Of a stretch of DNA of 47,783 nt, positions 38,079 through 47,724 are shown one piece after another; within the stretch, counting starts at the first letter, position 1, and every line of letters starts with the position of its first letter. The notes under the pieces are model-generated. The model was given only the letters and a program-made list of their open reading frames with translations, had not been told where the DNA came from and searched no databases. The DNA comes from Pseudomonadota bacterium (GTDB lineage Bacteria > Bdellovibrionota_B > Oligoflexia > Silvanigrellales > Silvanigrellaceae), in contig JBDLRP010000018.1 in assembly GCA_039799905.1 (NCBI GenBank), positions 1 through 47,783 of the forward strand, given 5' to 3'. The position numbers and the translations under genes are program-made.

Positions 38079-39548
38079 ATGACGCCGAGGAGCGGATTTT
38101 TGCAGACATCCGTTGATAAATCTGATCGCAAGAGAATCGTTGTGGCCGGTGCATCCGGCTTCGTAGGAATGGACCTGCTGCGGAGGCTGTCCAACAACCA
38201 TCAGGTCATTGCACTCACGCGCTCGCCGCATGCCGCCCCCGAACCACCCGAACATCATGAATCAGGTGTCTACTGGATCCAATGCAATTTATTTTCGCTC
38301 AAGCAGACGGAATCTGCTCTGCATGGAGCCGACGCGGCCTATTTCCTTGTCCACAGCATGTCACCCTCCGCACGGCTGACTCAGGGTGAATACGACAACC
38401 TGGATCTTTTCATTGCAGACAACTTTTCACGGGCTGCGGCCAAGGCGGGCGTGCAGCGGATCATTTATCTCGGAGGTATTCAGCCTACGGGGAATTTTTT
38501 ATCCTCGCACTTGCGTAGCAGACTGGAAGTCGAACGTGTACTGCAACGACGCTGTAATAACACTGTCGCGCTGCGCGCTGGACTTATCTTGGGCCCAGGG
38601 GGGTCGTCTTCGCTGATTCTTGTCCGCCTCATCCAACGCCTTCCGGTTCTGGTTTGTCCGAGCTGGACTGGAAAAATGAGTTCGCCCGTCGCATTGCGCG
38701 ATGCCGTGGATGCCTTGGTGGCGGCACTCGATTTAATAAAAGTCGCGGCAGGCAGTTACGATCTCGCAGGCCCCGAGACAATCAGTTATCGGAATCTCAT
38801 GAGGCGGACGGCAAACGAAATGAATCTGCGGCGATTCTTCATTCCTTTTATCGGAGTGCCGCCGCAGTTGTCGCGCCTGTGGGTTTCGCTTGTCACGGGC
38901 GCCAAACGCGAACTTGTTTCTCCGCTCATCCAGAGTTTGCTTGTTGACATGTTACCGGGCCGGACTGCTCCGGTCTTCTCAACAACACAGTCCAAAATTC
39001 CACTGATGGCTGCACTTCACCAGGCAGAAATGCCGCGGGTAAAGCTGGAAATCGGTCATCAGTCCATCGCACCGGTGGCTGCTCCGCTCAGAGAAGACAA
39101 CGTCGTCTCCATCCAACGCATGCCTTTGCCGACCGACTGGACGGCGCTCTCGGTTGCGCAAGATTATGCGCACTGGCTGCCACAATTCCTCCTGCCGCTG
39201 CTTAAACTCAGATTGTCCGCAGATGGATCTATCGTCGGTTTTTACTTGCGCGGCTGGAGTCATCCACTGCTTGAACTTGAATTCATGCCCGATCGCAGCG
39301 ATGCTGAACGCGCACTTTTTATTGTTCGGCGGGGTCTGCTCCGCAAAGAAAATTCAAATCCTCTTTCGCGTCTTGAGTTTCGAGTCATCGCTCACCAACG
39401 GCTCGTTCTCGCCGCTGTGTTGGATTTTGTGCCTTCCCTGCCTTGGCCCATGTACGTGCTGTCGCAAGCCCTCGCGCACCGGTTCGTGATGTGGCGTTTT
39501 TCGGCAAGATTGCGAAAAATCTCGCTAAAACAGCCTCACTTAAAATAA
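38079..39548 (+). CDS. Atypical SDR/NAD(P)-binding protein (YbjT-like)
   Basis: VAGASGFVG, YFLVHSM, IIYLGG, HLRSRLEVE, plus an extra C-terminal domain. Confidence 0.85.
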   Translation: MTPRSGFLQTSVDKSDRKRIVVAGASGFVGMDLLRRLSNNHQVIALTRSPHAAPEPPEHHESGVYWIQCNLFSLKQTESALHGADAAYFLVHSMSPSARLTQGEYDNLDLFIADNFSRAAAKAGVQRIIYLGGIQPTGNFLSSHLRSRLEVERVLQRRCNNTVALRAGLILGPGGSSSLILVRLIQRLPVLVCPSWTGKMSSPVALRDAVDALVAALDLIKVAAGSYDLAGPETISYRNLMRRTANEMNLRRFFIPFIGVPPQLSRLWVSLVTGAKRELVSPLIQSLLVDMLPGRTAPVFSTTQSKIPLMAALHQAEMPRVKLEIGHQSIAPVAAPLREDNVVSIQRMPLPTDWTALSVAQDYAHWLPQFLLPLLKLRLSADGSIVGFYLRGWSHPLLELEFMPDRSDAERALFIVRRGLLRKENSNPLSRLEFRVIAHQRLVLAAVLDFVPSLPWPMYVLSQALAHRFVMWRFSARLRKISLKQPHLK

Positions 39549-39606
39549 CAATTGCTTGACCGTTCATCTCCGGATACCCCGTTGGTGCGTTACGAAGGAG
39601 CTGATC

Positions 39607-40896
39607 ATGCTGATGAATTTCCTGAAAAAGTGCAATCTCCTAAAGTCCGTCTCCCTGCTCAACGCAACGCTGCTCATCGCAGGGCTGGGAATCTACACCA
39701 AGGCAGTCACTGCCCCCTTCAAAGTTATGCCAGCGGACCTTGCAATTGTTCTACCCGCCCAGCGAGATTTACGAATTGCAGCGCAGGATGTCGTCGCTCC
39801 GCTGAAGGACTCTTTGCTACCGCGCAAATCACTCGGCCAGGTTGAAGCTGCATACCGTAACACTGCCGTCGGTGACGCTCTTGAAACTGAGAACACCTAT
39901 TCAGACTGGACTCTCGTGAGCCTGCGCGTTGCTCCCTGCTCTCCGCTGGGCATGATTCCGAGCATCGACACACAAGTGTTCTGCTGGCCTGAAGTCAGAC
40001 TTGTCTGGCAGCCCATCCTCAAGGATTTTCGCAGATATGCAGTCATTCTGAGCGCATTTGCCGACGACCGCGCCATCCATGCACTCTACGATTTCTCACC
40101 AAAGCTCGCGCTGCCAGCGACTGAAGCCGCGCGCGCGCAGCAACTCCTTGAGAAAATCAGCCTTGCAATGAAAGAGAATCCTACGCAGCCTGCGAATGAA
40201 TTATCGGCTGACGAAATAAGCGAATTCGTTCGCCTGCGCGACAAAACGAGCGACGCGCTGATCGGCAAGGCCCTTGCTTTGCGCACCGGGCAGCTCAACG
40301 ACGCCGCTTACGAGAAGATCAACGAAAGACCAGAATTCAACAATTCTGCCAACGCCGAACAGTTCATCGCGCGTCTTAAGAGTTTTATTGCAGAAGTAAC
40401 TCAAGCAGAATCAATTAAGGAAATGACAAGTTTCTCTCTGCCGGAGGGGCGTGAACCGCCGCAGTCTGATGATTGGATTTTCCTTCAGTTCCTGCGCGAA
40501 AAAGGAACTCTAGTTCAACAGCAAATCAAACTCCACTCTGCGCAAGATGGACGGACGCTGTTCAACTTCGGTCCAGCGCCGCGTGCCTCGCAAATGAGGG
40601 ATGATCCTCTATTGTATGATGCCTTGGAAACTATGAACGAAAAGGATGCAAAGGAAATCAGACAGCGGGTCCTTCTTTCGCCTATGGAAGTAGGAATTAA
40701 GAAGAACATTGTCTCCGACCGCAACCTCACGCTGGTTCCAAACACAAGCTGTGCCTCTTGCCACAAATTCAACAGTCTTCGATTCGACTTCCATGCCTTC
40801 AGTTATCTCGAAGACAGGACAATCACCGTCAGCCCGCGTGTTCGCACAGACGTCGTGCGCGATTTGGAATGGCTTGAAAAACGCACGGGCCGTTAA
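39607..40896 (+). CDS. Exported hypothetical protein with a single C-terminal CxxCH (putative c-type cytochrome)
   Basis: AAGGAG RBS, N-terminal signal/TM, CASCH at 40750-40764. Confidence 0.65.
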   Translation: MLMNFLKKCNLLKSVSLLNATLLIAGLGIYTKAVTAPFKVMPADLAIVLPAQRDLRIAAQDVVAPLKDSLLPRKSLGQVEAAYRNTAVGDALETENTYSDWTLVSLRVAPCSPLGMIPSIDTQVFCWPEVRLVWQPILKDFRRYAVILSAFADDRAIHALYDFSPKLALPATEAARAQQLLEKISLAMKENPTQPANELSADEISEFVRLRDKTSDALIGKALALRTGQLNDAAYEKINERPEFNNSANAEQFIARLKSFIAEVTQAESIKEMTSFSLPEGREPPQSDDWIFLQFLREKGTLVQQQIKLHSAQDGRTLFNFGPAPRASQMRDDPLLYDALETMNEKDAKEIRQRVLLSPMEVGIKKNIVSDRNLTLVPNTSCASCHKFNSLRFDFHAFSYLEDRTITVSPRVRTDVVRDLEWLEKRTGR

Positions 40897-40981
40897 TCAA
40901 GGCTCGTTTTTCCACCCAGCCGGTGCCCCGCATCCCTCATGAGACGCGGGGTAATCCTTTCACGTCGGAAATTTTTTCCCG

Positions 40982-41009
40982 TTTAGCAGAGCGCTACCGT
41001 TGCCGAACA
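40982..41009 (+). promoter_or_regulatory. Possible sigma28-type promoter
   Basis: TTTAG-N15-GCCGAACA upstream of ATG 41043. Confidence 0.35.
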
Positions 41010-41042
41010 CACTCGGAATGTGTTCAGCAGGGAGCCGGTTCC

Positions 41043-42158
41043 ATGAGAAAAATTTCGATTATTGTCTGCTCAATTATTCCTGTTCTGGCAGCTTGTAAAA
41101 AGGCCGAGACTTCAAGTTCCGAAGAACAAGCTCTCGGGTTCGAAAACTCGCTGACTTCGGGGACACAAATCGGCCTCAAGCCAATGGAAGTGGCGCTGAC
41201 ACTCGATGACGGTCCGGCACCCGAATCTTTGGCTCTGGCAAAAAAATTGCGCGACCTCGAAGTTCCTGTCGCTTACTTCATGATTGGCATCAACATCCAA
41301 AGCCATCCGGCAATCACAAAAGAGATCGCGGAACTCAAATTCACATCCGGTCCGCATGCCGGACAACCTGCGACAATTATTTCCAACCATTCTTGGGATC
41401 ACAAACGTAAAAACAACGGCGTCGCATGCATCGCCTGTGATGGCACCGAATATGCGATTATGGAAATACAGAAAACCGACAATTTGATCGCACCGTATGT
41501 GAATAAAAATAATGACCCATTCTTTTTCCGCGCACCGGGTGGAAATTTCTTTCGAAAAGAGTTGCCAGAAGAGGTCAACAGCCTGAACGAGGTGAACAAA
41601 ACACTTTCAAAATATATCGGTCCTTTTTTCTGGGACGTCAGCGGCGACGTCGAGCCGGTGTGTGAAAAACTCAGCGCAGAAAAGTGCGGAAACCACTACA
41701 TGGCGCAAATCCGCGCGAAGGGCCCCAAGCACGGTCTTATCATTCTCGCTCATGATATCCATGAAAAAACACGGCAGATGTTGCTCGGCAGCGGCACCTA
41801 TCCGGGGATGATTGCGATCATGAAAAAGGAAGGATACCGATTCGTGCACATGGACAAATACCCCGACGCACTCGCCAAATTCGGACCTGTGCAAAACAAC
41901 GAATTCGGAAGTGTGAGCCTGAAGGCGACCCGTGCCGAAGGGCGTGCTTTCGTCATCGATGTGACTGCAAAAAACGCAAAACGCATCGAGGTCTTCATCG
42001 ATCGTCTGCAAAAACCGCTCTTCTCGGGAGATGGCTCGCGGCTCACCAGCAAGCAAATCATCTCGACGGGCGGCGCGCGTACTTTCCAAGTCAAGGGCTA
42101 CGACGCCAGCGACAAGCTCATCGCACTGGGCAGCCGCCTCGTCGACTTGCCCAACTAA
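41043..42158 (+). CDS. CE4 polysaccharide/peptidoglycan deacetylase lipoprotein
   Basis: Lipobox LAAC. TLDDGP, NHSWDH, FRAPGG, ILAHD. C-terminal Ig-like beta domain. Confidence 0.88.
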   Translation: MRKISIIVCSIIPVLAACKKAETSSSEEQALGFENSLTSGTQIGLKPMEVALTLDDGPAPESLALAKKLRDLEVPVAYFMIGINIQSHPAITKEIAELKFTSGPHAGQPATIISNHSWDHKRKNNGVACIACDGTEYAIMEIQKTDNLIAPYVNKNNDPFFFRAPGGNFFRKELPEEVNSLNEVNKTLSKYIGPFFWDVSGDVEPVCEKLSAEKCGNHYMAQIRAKGPKHGLIILAHDIHEKTRQMLLGSGTYPGMIAIMKKEGYRFVHMDKYPDALAKFGPVQNNEFGSVSLKATRAEGRAFVIDVTAKNAKRIEVFIDRLQKPLFSGDGSRLTSKQIISTGGARTFQVKGYDASDKLIALGSRLVDLPN

Positions 42159-42197
42159 TCTCAGATTATATGTGAAATTATTGTTTAAAATTTGCTT

Positions 42198-42228
42198 TCG
42201 GCGGGTGAACCTGTTCATCACCCGCCGA
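42198..42228. repeat. 11-bp inverted repeat (hairpin) between two co-oriented genes
   Basis: TCGGCGGGTGA-N9-TCACCCGCCGA. No U-tract follows on either strand. Confidence 0.6.
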
Positions 42229-42293
42229 CTAGCCTAATTGCCGAAACTCTGGTAGCTCACGGATAAACCCCACAGCCATCAGGAGTTGCCACT

Positions 42294-43106
42294 ATGAAAC
42301 TCATTGCAACCGGACTCTTAACTAGTTCGCTTTTGATTATCTCCGCGTGCGGAGGTTCCTCCGGAAACTCCAATGGGACCAATCAGTGCAAAACGACTCC
42401 CACGGTGAACGCAAACAATACGAATTTCGTGCGTATCCCCGGCGGTACAACGACACCGCCGACAACAAACAACCCAAATGTCCCCGCAGTGCCGACCACG
42501 CCGGCAACCGACAAACAGCCCGATGGCACTGCGGCCGCTTGTGCCGACAAACCCCAGAACCCGGGCAACCTTGGCGGCACTCCCAATAACAACAACACCC
42601 CAATTGCAAACAACCCTACATTCCCGGGTGTTCCGACATTGCCCAATAATCCAAACGTTCCAAACACACCGCCCAACAACGGAGGCAACCGCACTCCGGC
42701 TGTAGACACGGCAGCCCTGATTGGTGAGTGGGATTTCTTTTTTGTACAATGCGATAACGGAGTAACTCCGGCCGTTCTTCAGCGTCTTAACGAAATGCGC
42801 CAGAACAACGAGTTCTACTCTTCACTCACAATCACCAAAACAAGCATCGAAGAGTACCGCTGGGTCAAGCTCAACGATCAAGCAACCAATCAGGACATGA
42901 TGTGTTCAATCAAGCAGTCGTCAACTTATTCGGCGATGCCGGGAACCGCATTGTTCCGCGTCAGCACCTCTTCAGCTGCCTACGAAGATGCCGGTGGTGC
43001 ACAGCCCTGCAATCTCGGCGGCGAACCAGCAGCAATTTTTGATAACGTTGTCCTTGCTGCCCAACAAGACGTCATGGTGAGAGGAATCTCCAATTCTTCC
43101 GAATGA
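42294..43106 (+). CDS. Pro/Asn/Thr-rich lipoprotein with a C-terminal beta domain (may extend to 43151 through an in-frame TGA)
   Basis: AGGAG RBS, lipobox ISAC, low-complexity linker, lipocalin-like LIGEW motif. Confidence 0.75.
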   Translation: MKLIATGLLTSSLLIISACGGSSGNSNGTNQCKTTPTVNANNTNFVRIPGGTTTPPTTNNPNVPAVPTTPATDKQPDGTAAACADKPQNPGNLGGTPNNNNTPIANNPTFPGVPTLPNNPNVPNTPPNNGGNRTPAVDTAALIGEWDFFFVQCDNGVTPAVLQRLNEMRQNNEFYSSLTITKTSIEEYRWVKLNDQATNQDMMCSIKQSSTYSAMPGTALFRVSTSSAAYEDAGGAQPCNLGGEPAAIFDNVVLAAQQDVMVRGISNSSE

Positions 43107-43147
43107 AACGGTGGTATGCTGGTGCAGATGTTCCAAAAGCGTCGTCC

Positions 43148-44335
43148 ATGAAAACTCCGCTCGGCACTCCCTACACAAGCGGAGCCCGACGGGCACTCCT
43201 CCTTGGCAGCGGCGAGCTTGGCAAAGAGGTTGCAATCGAATTGACTCGTCTGGGCGTCGAAGTCATCGCCTGCGATCGTTACGAACATGCTCCGGCTATG
43301 CACGTGGCGCAATTCAGTCGTGTCTTCAATATGCTCGATGCAAGCGCTCTTCGGCATGCAGTAGAATCAGTCCGTCCTGACGTGATCATTCCTGAAGTCG
43401 AGGCTCTTGCCACGGCGGAGCTCGAAAATTTGGAACGTGAAGGTTGGAACGTTGTTCCAACGGCGCGTGCAGCTCGTCTGACGATGGACCGCGAGGGAAT
43501 CAGGCGGCTTGCGGCCGAAACTCTGAATCTTCCCACGGCGCGCTATATTTTTGCGGATACTTTCGACGAATTCGCGCAGGCATGCCATAGCCTCGGCTTT
43601 CCTTGCGTCGTCAAGCCGATCATGAGCTCAAGCGGCAAGGGACAGAGTGTGGCGCGTTCCGCCGACCAGCTCGCTGCATGCTGGGCGACGGCACAACACG
43701 GCGGGCGCGCCGGTGCGGGACGCGTGATAGTCGAAGAGTTCATTGCCTTCGAAAGTGAGATCACTCTGCTCACAGTGCGCGCTGTCAACGGCACTGTTTT
43801 TTGCGATCCGATAGGCCACCGGCAGGTGGACGGCGATTACGTCGAAAGCTGGCAGCCACATGCCATGACAGCTGCCCAGGTGCAGGAGTCCCAGCGAATT
43901 GCGGAATTGATCACCCATTCATTGGGAGGTCTCGGGCTATTCGGAGTTGAACTTTTTCTTCTCAAAGACGGTCGGGTGCTGTTCAGCGAAGTCAGTCCGC
44001 GCCCTCACGACACAGGCATGGTCACGCTGGCAACGCAGACTTGGAGTGAATTCGCTCTGCATGCACGGGCCATTTTGGGTCTGCCCATCATGCAGGTACA
44101 CCGCCACTCTGACGGAGCGAGTGTTGCACTCAAGGCAGTCTCTGAAATCGCAGTTCCAAAGTACTCCGGTCTGGAGCGAGCTTTTGCCATTAAGAACACA
44201 GACATCCGTATTTTCGGTAAGCCGAACGCAACGCGCGGTCGGCGGATGGGTGTTGTGCTTTCCACCGGAGAATCCGCAAGTGATGCTCTTAAAACTGCGC
44301 TCGAGGCTGCGAAATTCATCACCATCAGCGAGTGA
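43148..44335 (+). CDS. purT: Formate-dependent phosphoribosylglycinamide formyltransferase
   Basis: [70 protein letters not shown] matches the typical PurT N-terminus. Confidence 0.96.
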   Translation: MKTPLGTPYTSGARRALLLGSGELGKEVAIELTRLGVEVIACDRYEHAPAMHVAQFSRVFNMLDASALRHAVESVRPDVIIPEVEALATAELENLEREGWNVVPTARAARLTMDREGIRRLAAETLNLPTARYIFADTFDEFAQACHSLGFPCVVKPIMSSSGKGQSVARSADQLAACWATAQHGGRAGAGRVIVEEFIAFESEITLLTVRAVNGTVFCDPIGHRQVDGDYVESWQPHAMTAAQVQESQRIAELITHSLGGLGLFGVELFLLKDGRVLFSEVSPRPHDTGMVTLATQTWSEFALHARAILGLPIMQVHRHSDGASVALKAVSEIAVPKYSGLERAFAIKNTDIRIFGKPNATRGRRMGVVLSTGESASDALKTALEAAKFITISE

Positions 44336-44338
44336 GTC

Positions 44339-45679
44339 ATGCTGATCGCATTTTCACTCATTTTTGCGGCCATTCTTTTCCTGTCCATCTTCAACTCAAA
44401 GATGAATGCCGGAATCCCTGCACTTGTCGTGGTCCTTTTTGCGGTACCTCTGATTCCGGACAGCAACGTCGGACGCGCAGCGACTCTCTTTCCCACATCG
44501 TTGTTTCTCACGCTGCTTGGCGTGACTTTTTTCTTTACGACGCTCAACTCGACGGGACTCATCGACAATCTGTTGCAGAGAATTCTCCGTCTGTTCGGAC
44601 CATTCCCACGTCTGCTGCCGATCGTTCTTTTTATCATCGTCGCCGCACTCACAGCTCTGGGGCTCGGCAACATCGCCACCATCGCACTTCTTGCCCCGCT
44701 GGGTATTCCATTGGCCCGGCAAATCGGCATGTCTTCATTTATGATGACTCTACTGCTTGTCGGCGCCGCCAACGCGGCATCGTTTTCTCCACTCACTTTG
44801 CCGGGAATTTTCACCAACGAATTTATTCAAAATAGCGACGTCCTGCGCAGGCACATGCAGCCGTCGACAATGCGCTGGTGGATTTTCTGGACAGTTTTCT
44901 TTTGCATTTCTTTCACGACGATTATTTCTTTTTTTGTTCTCGGTGGGAGAAAATGGCTCAATCGCATTTCAACGCCCCCGACAACCGAGCACACCGCGGA
45001 TGACAGCGTCCGGCTGAACCGACAACAAAAGCTCACTGCCCTGCTTGCAGCAGTCCTGGCCGTGTTGTTTTTACTTGGCTGCGTTCTCTCGCTTCAGTTT
45101 TGGGAACAGCTTCTCAACCCTCAGTTTCTCTTAATTTCACGCAGGCTCTCTGACGTCGGACTGATCGGCTGGCTTGGCAGTCTGTTGATGATAATCTTCG
45201 GGCTGGCAGAACCTGAAAAAAATCTCAAAAACGTCCCTTGGGCGACCTTGATTCTTGTCTGCGGCATGAGCACCTACATCGAATTGCTGAGCCGTCTGGG
45301 CTTGCCCGATGCCATCGCGGCACTGGTTCAACAAAATATTGCAACACAACTTTTACCGGCTGCGTTTGCCGCGGCTTCGGCGCTTTTGTCTGCGTTTTCG
45401 AGCTCTGTTGGAGTCGCCCTGCCGGTCTTTATGCCGATCGTCCAATCGATCGCACAATCTATCGAAACAAGTCTTGTGCACTCCACCACAATTGCAGTCG
45501 CGGTCGGCTCGCATTTGGTTGACGCAAGCCCCCTCTCAACTCTGGGTGCTTTGTGTCTTGCTCAAATCAGAGACACTCAGGAGCAAAGCTCCACATACAG
45601 GGCCCTGCTTATCTACAGCTTCTGTATGATACCAGTCGCGGCTGTCGTGTGTTTTCTGCTGAGCAAAACGATATTTTGA
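44339..45679 (+). CDS. IT-superfamily (MatC/SLC13-like) dicarboxylate transporter
   Basis: More than 10 TM segments. FPTSLFLTLLGVTFFF, GAANAASFSPL, VDASPLSTLGAL. Confidence 0.8.
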   Translation: MLIAFSLIFAAILFLSIFNSKMNAGIPALVVVLFAVPLIPDSNVGRAATLFPTSLFLTLLGVTFFFTTLNSTGLIDNLLQRILRLFGPFPRLLPIVLFIIVAALTALGLGNIATIALLAPLGIPLARQIGMSSFMMTLLLVGAANAASFSPLTLPGIFTNEFIQNSDVLRRHMQPSTMRWWIFWTVFFCISFTTIISFFVLGGRKWLNRISTPPTTEHTADDSVRLNRQQKLTALLAAVLAVLFLLGCVLSLQFWEQLLNPQFLLISRRLSDVGLIGWLGSLLMIIFGLAEPEKNLKNVPWATLILVCGMSTYIELLSRLGLPDAIAALVQQNIATQLLPAAFAAASALLSAFSSSVGVALPVFMPIVQSIAQSIETSLVHSTTIAVAVGSHLVDASPLSTLGALCLAQIRDTQEQSSTYRALLIYSFCMIPVAAVVCFLLSKTIF

Positions 45680-45694
45680 GCTGAACTAGAATTT

Positions 45695-45769
45695 TGGAGG
45701 TGCCGAGGGGATTCGAACCCCTGTGAAAACGATTTGCAATCGTTTGCGTAGCCGCTCCGCCACAGCACC
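45695..45769 (-). tRNA. tRNA-Cys(GCA)
   Basis: GGTGCTG acceptor stem, anticodon arm AACGA-TTGCAAA-TCGTT, T-arm AGGGG-TTCGAAT-CCCCT, discriminator U, encoded CCA. Confidence 0.96.
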
Positions 45770-45786
45770 GTCGGAAAGGTGGGATG

Positions 45787-45815
45787 CTTATAGCTACCAG
45801 GGTGCCAAATTGCAA
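45787..45815 (-). promoter_or_regulatory. Putative promoter of tRNA-Cys
   Basis: TTGCAA-N17-TATAAG (sigma70-like). The spacer also contains TTGGCAC-N5-TAGC (sigma54-like). Confidence 0.4.
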
Positions 45816-45895
45816 GCCGGCCAAATAAAATAGAGCACTCACGGCTAAAACCGCCAAGCAGCTCGGGCCAGCCAGAGCCGCCCTGGGAGCTCAAA

Positions 45896-47101
45896 TCAAG
45901 CCTTCACAGCGGTACCGAAGCAACCCTGAAATTCCTCCCAGAGTTCGTCGAGAACCAGAAATATCTCGGGATGCTTAGCTCGGTACTTCTCGCGCGTGCG
46001 GTCCATCGACGTATTCGGCACGTTGAAATGAGTGTTGCCGCCGCGCTTTTCCCTGTCGAAATAAAGCTGCGCGGAAAACCTGTCACAGATTTCCACGATT
46101 GTCGCCAGAAACGCTTCATCGGTGAGCTTGAAGCCCAAGCGGCTGCAGATGTCTTCAATGACCCGCTCTTCGAGTTCCGCATGCATTTTGCCCAGGTCTT
46201 TTTCGCGCACTTTGACCGGATAAACCACATCACTGGCATAGGCCTCGGCAAGATCATGCATGGTGGCAAGGCGGTAGAGATCGACACGCTCCTGCGGACG
46301 CAAGCCCAGCGCAGAGGCAAGAATCCGCGACAAAAACACCACCTGATACGTATGCTCGCCGACACTTTCTGGAAACAAATAACTCCATCCTTTGTACCGG
46401 TAATGCTCTTTGAGTTTTTCCATCATTCCGACAAATGTGGATGAAAATTCTCCGATGCCGCCTTCGAGGCGCGCGCGGGTCGCGTCGTCACAAAGACCGT
46501 CCAAAAAGGCGACAGCTTTTTTCCAGTCAACGCTGGTCTCAAGCTCGAGCCTGCGCGCACGCTCGGCTTCGGAATCGGCTCTCTGTGCAGGATGCGTACT
46601 GGCCAGCGATTCGCCCGCCAACGCACTGCGTCGCATCTGGTGATAATGCGTGCGATACCTTTCTGCGAGAAAATAGGAATTGCCGAGAAGACATTCCTTT
46701 TCGATAAACAGCATGGCTGCGAATGCATCGACCAGCTGGTGCAGCCCGTAGAGATCGGGCGAGCGGGTTGTCTTCATTTTAAAACTGTCTTCAGTCTCTT
46801 TGAACAAACGCCCGCGAACTTCTTTGTAAAGCGCTGAAGCTTCCGGATGGCGCTGGCGCAAATAAAAACTCGGGTCACCCAGCAGGGCCTTCGGCAATTC
46901 GGCGAAAATTGCCATTTCAATCAGGTCACACTCCGCTTCCTTGCTCAATCCGAGTTGCGGAGCAAGCGCAATCGACAACAGAACCTGAGTGAATCCATGC
47001 TCCGCGGCAGACTGTTTTTTCACACAGATGGCATCTGAAAAAAGCGGCAATGAACATATGATTCTCAGTTTACCCAAGCGGCTCGGCAGCATTGCATCCA
47101 C
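45896..47101 (-). CDS. Tandem YfbR-like HD-domain protein (N-terminal copy degenerate)
   Basis: C-half ESVGEH...MHDLAEAYASD..YPVK...CDRF. N-half QSAAEH...FAELPKALLGD...VDAF. AAGGAG RBS. Confidence 0.8.
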   Translation of the reverse strand: MDAMLPSRLGKLRIICSLPLFSDAICVKKQSAAEHGFTQVLLSIALAPQLGLSKEAECDLIEMAIFAELPKALLGDPSFYLRQRHPEASALYKEVRGRLFKETEDSFKMKTTRSPDLYGLHQLVDAFAAMLFIEKECLLGNSYFLAERYRTHYHQMRRSALAGESLASTHPAQRADSEAERARRLELETSVDWKKAVAFLDGLCDDATRARLEGGIGEFSSTFVGMMEKLKEHYRYKGWSYLFPESVGEHTYQVVFLSRILASALGLRPQERVDLYRLATMHDLAEAYASDVVYPVKVREKDLGKMHAELEERVIEDICSRLGFKLTDEAFLATIVEICDRFSAQLYFDREKRGGNTHFNVPNTSMDRTREKYRAKHPEIFLVLDELWEEFQGCFGTAVKA

Positions 47102-47121
47102 GTCACTTCTCCTTCAGGCAC

Positions 47122-47724
47122 TCAGACGAAATTGTAACCTTTTGTGTATTCCATGTATCTGTCGCAGGTCGCCAAAACGGCGGCAAGCTCTTCGGGTTTC
47201 ACCTCGCGCACGACTTTTCCCGGAGCACCGAGCACAAGACTGCGCGGCGGAATTTTCATACCCTGCGTGACGACCGCGCCGGCACCGACAATCGAACCGC
47301 GACCGATGACGGCGCCGTCCATGATTATCGCCTGCATGCCGATAAGACACTCGTCTTCAATCGTACACCCGTGGATCATCGCAAGATGGGCGATGCTGAC
47401 GCGGCTGCCGATTGTGGTTGAAGCCTTCTGAAATGTGCAGTGGATGACTGCACCGTCTTGAATGTTTGTTTGCTCGCCGACGACGATCGTGTGCACATCG
47501 CCGCGGACCACAGTGTTGAACCAGACGCTGCAATCTTTGCCGAGAATGACGTCGCCAATCACACGCGCGCCGTCTGCAAGAAAGACGCTCTCGTGCAATT
47601 TCGGCAGTCTTCCCTGATAGGCACAGACTGACGCCAGCGGACTTCTGTGCGGAACTTTCAACTGTCCTTGGTGCATCAAATTTTTGTCTCCATTTGCACG
47701 GGAATCAACCGATACTCCGTTCAT
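47122..47724 (-). CDS. Gamma-carbonic anhydrase family (YrdA/PaaY-like) hexapeptide protein
   Basis: VIGDV, VRGDV, TNIQDGAVIH, IAHLAMIHGC, GAPGKVVR. Start uncertain (47724 or 47676). Confidence 0.92.
   Translation of the reverse strand: MNGVSVDSRANGDKNLMHQGQLKVPHRSPLASVCAYQGRLPKLHESVFLADGARVIGDVILGKDCSVWFNTVVRGDVHTIVVGEQTNIQDGAVIHCTFQKASTTIGSRVSIAHLAMIHGCTIEDECLIGMQAIIMDGAVIGRGSIVGAGAVVTQGMKIPPRSLVLGAPGKVVREVKPEELAAVLATCDRYMEYTKGYNFV

Noticed and set aside
42420..42710. Pro/Asn-rich DNA repeats as a non-coding array
   Set aside because: Degenerate codon-level repeats within a lipoprotein linker.
45679..45895. tRNA-Cys as an integration site
   Set aside because: No integrase nearby and no duplicate of the tRNA 3' end noticed in the window.
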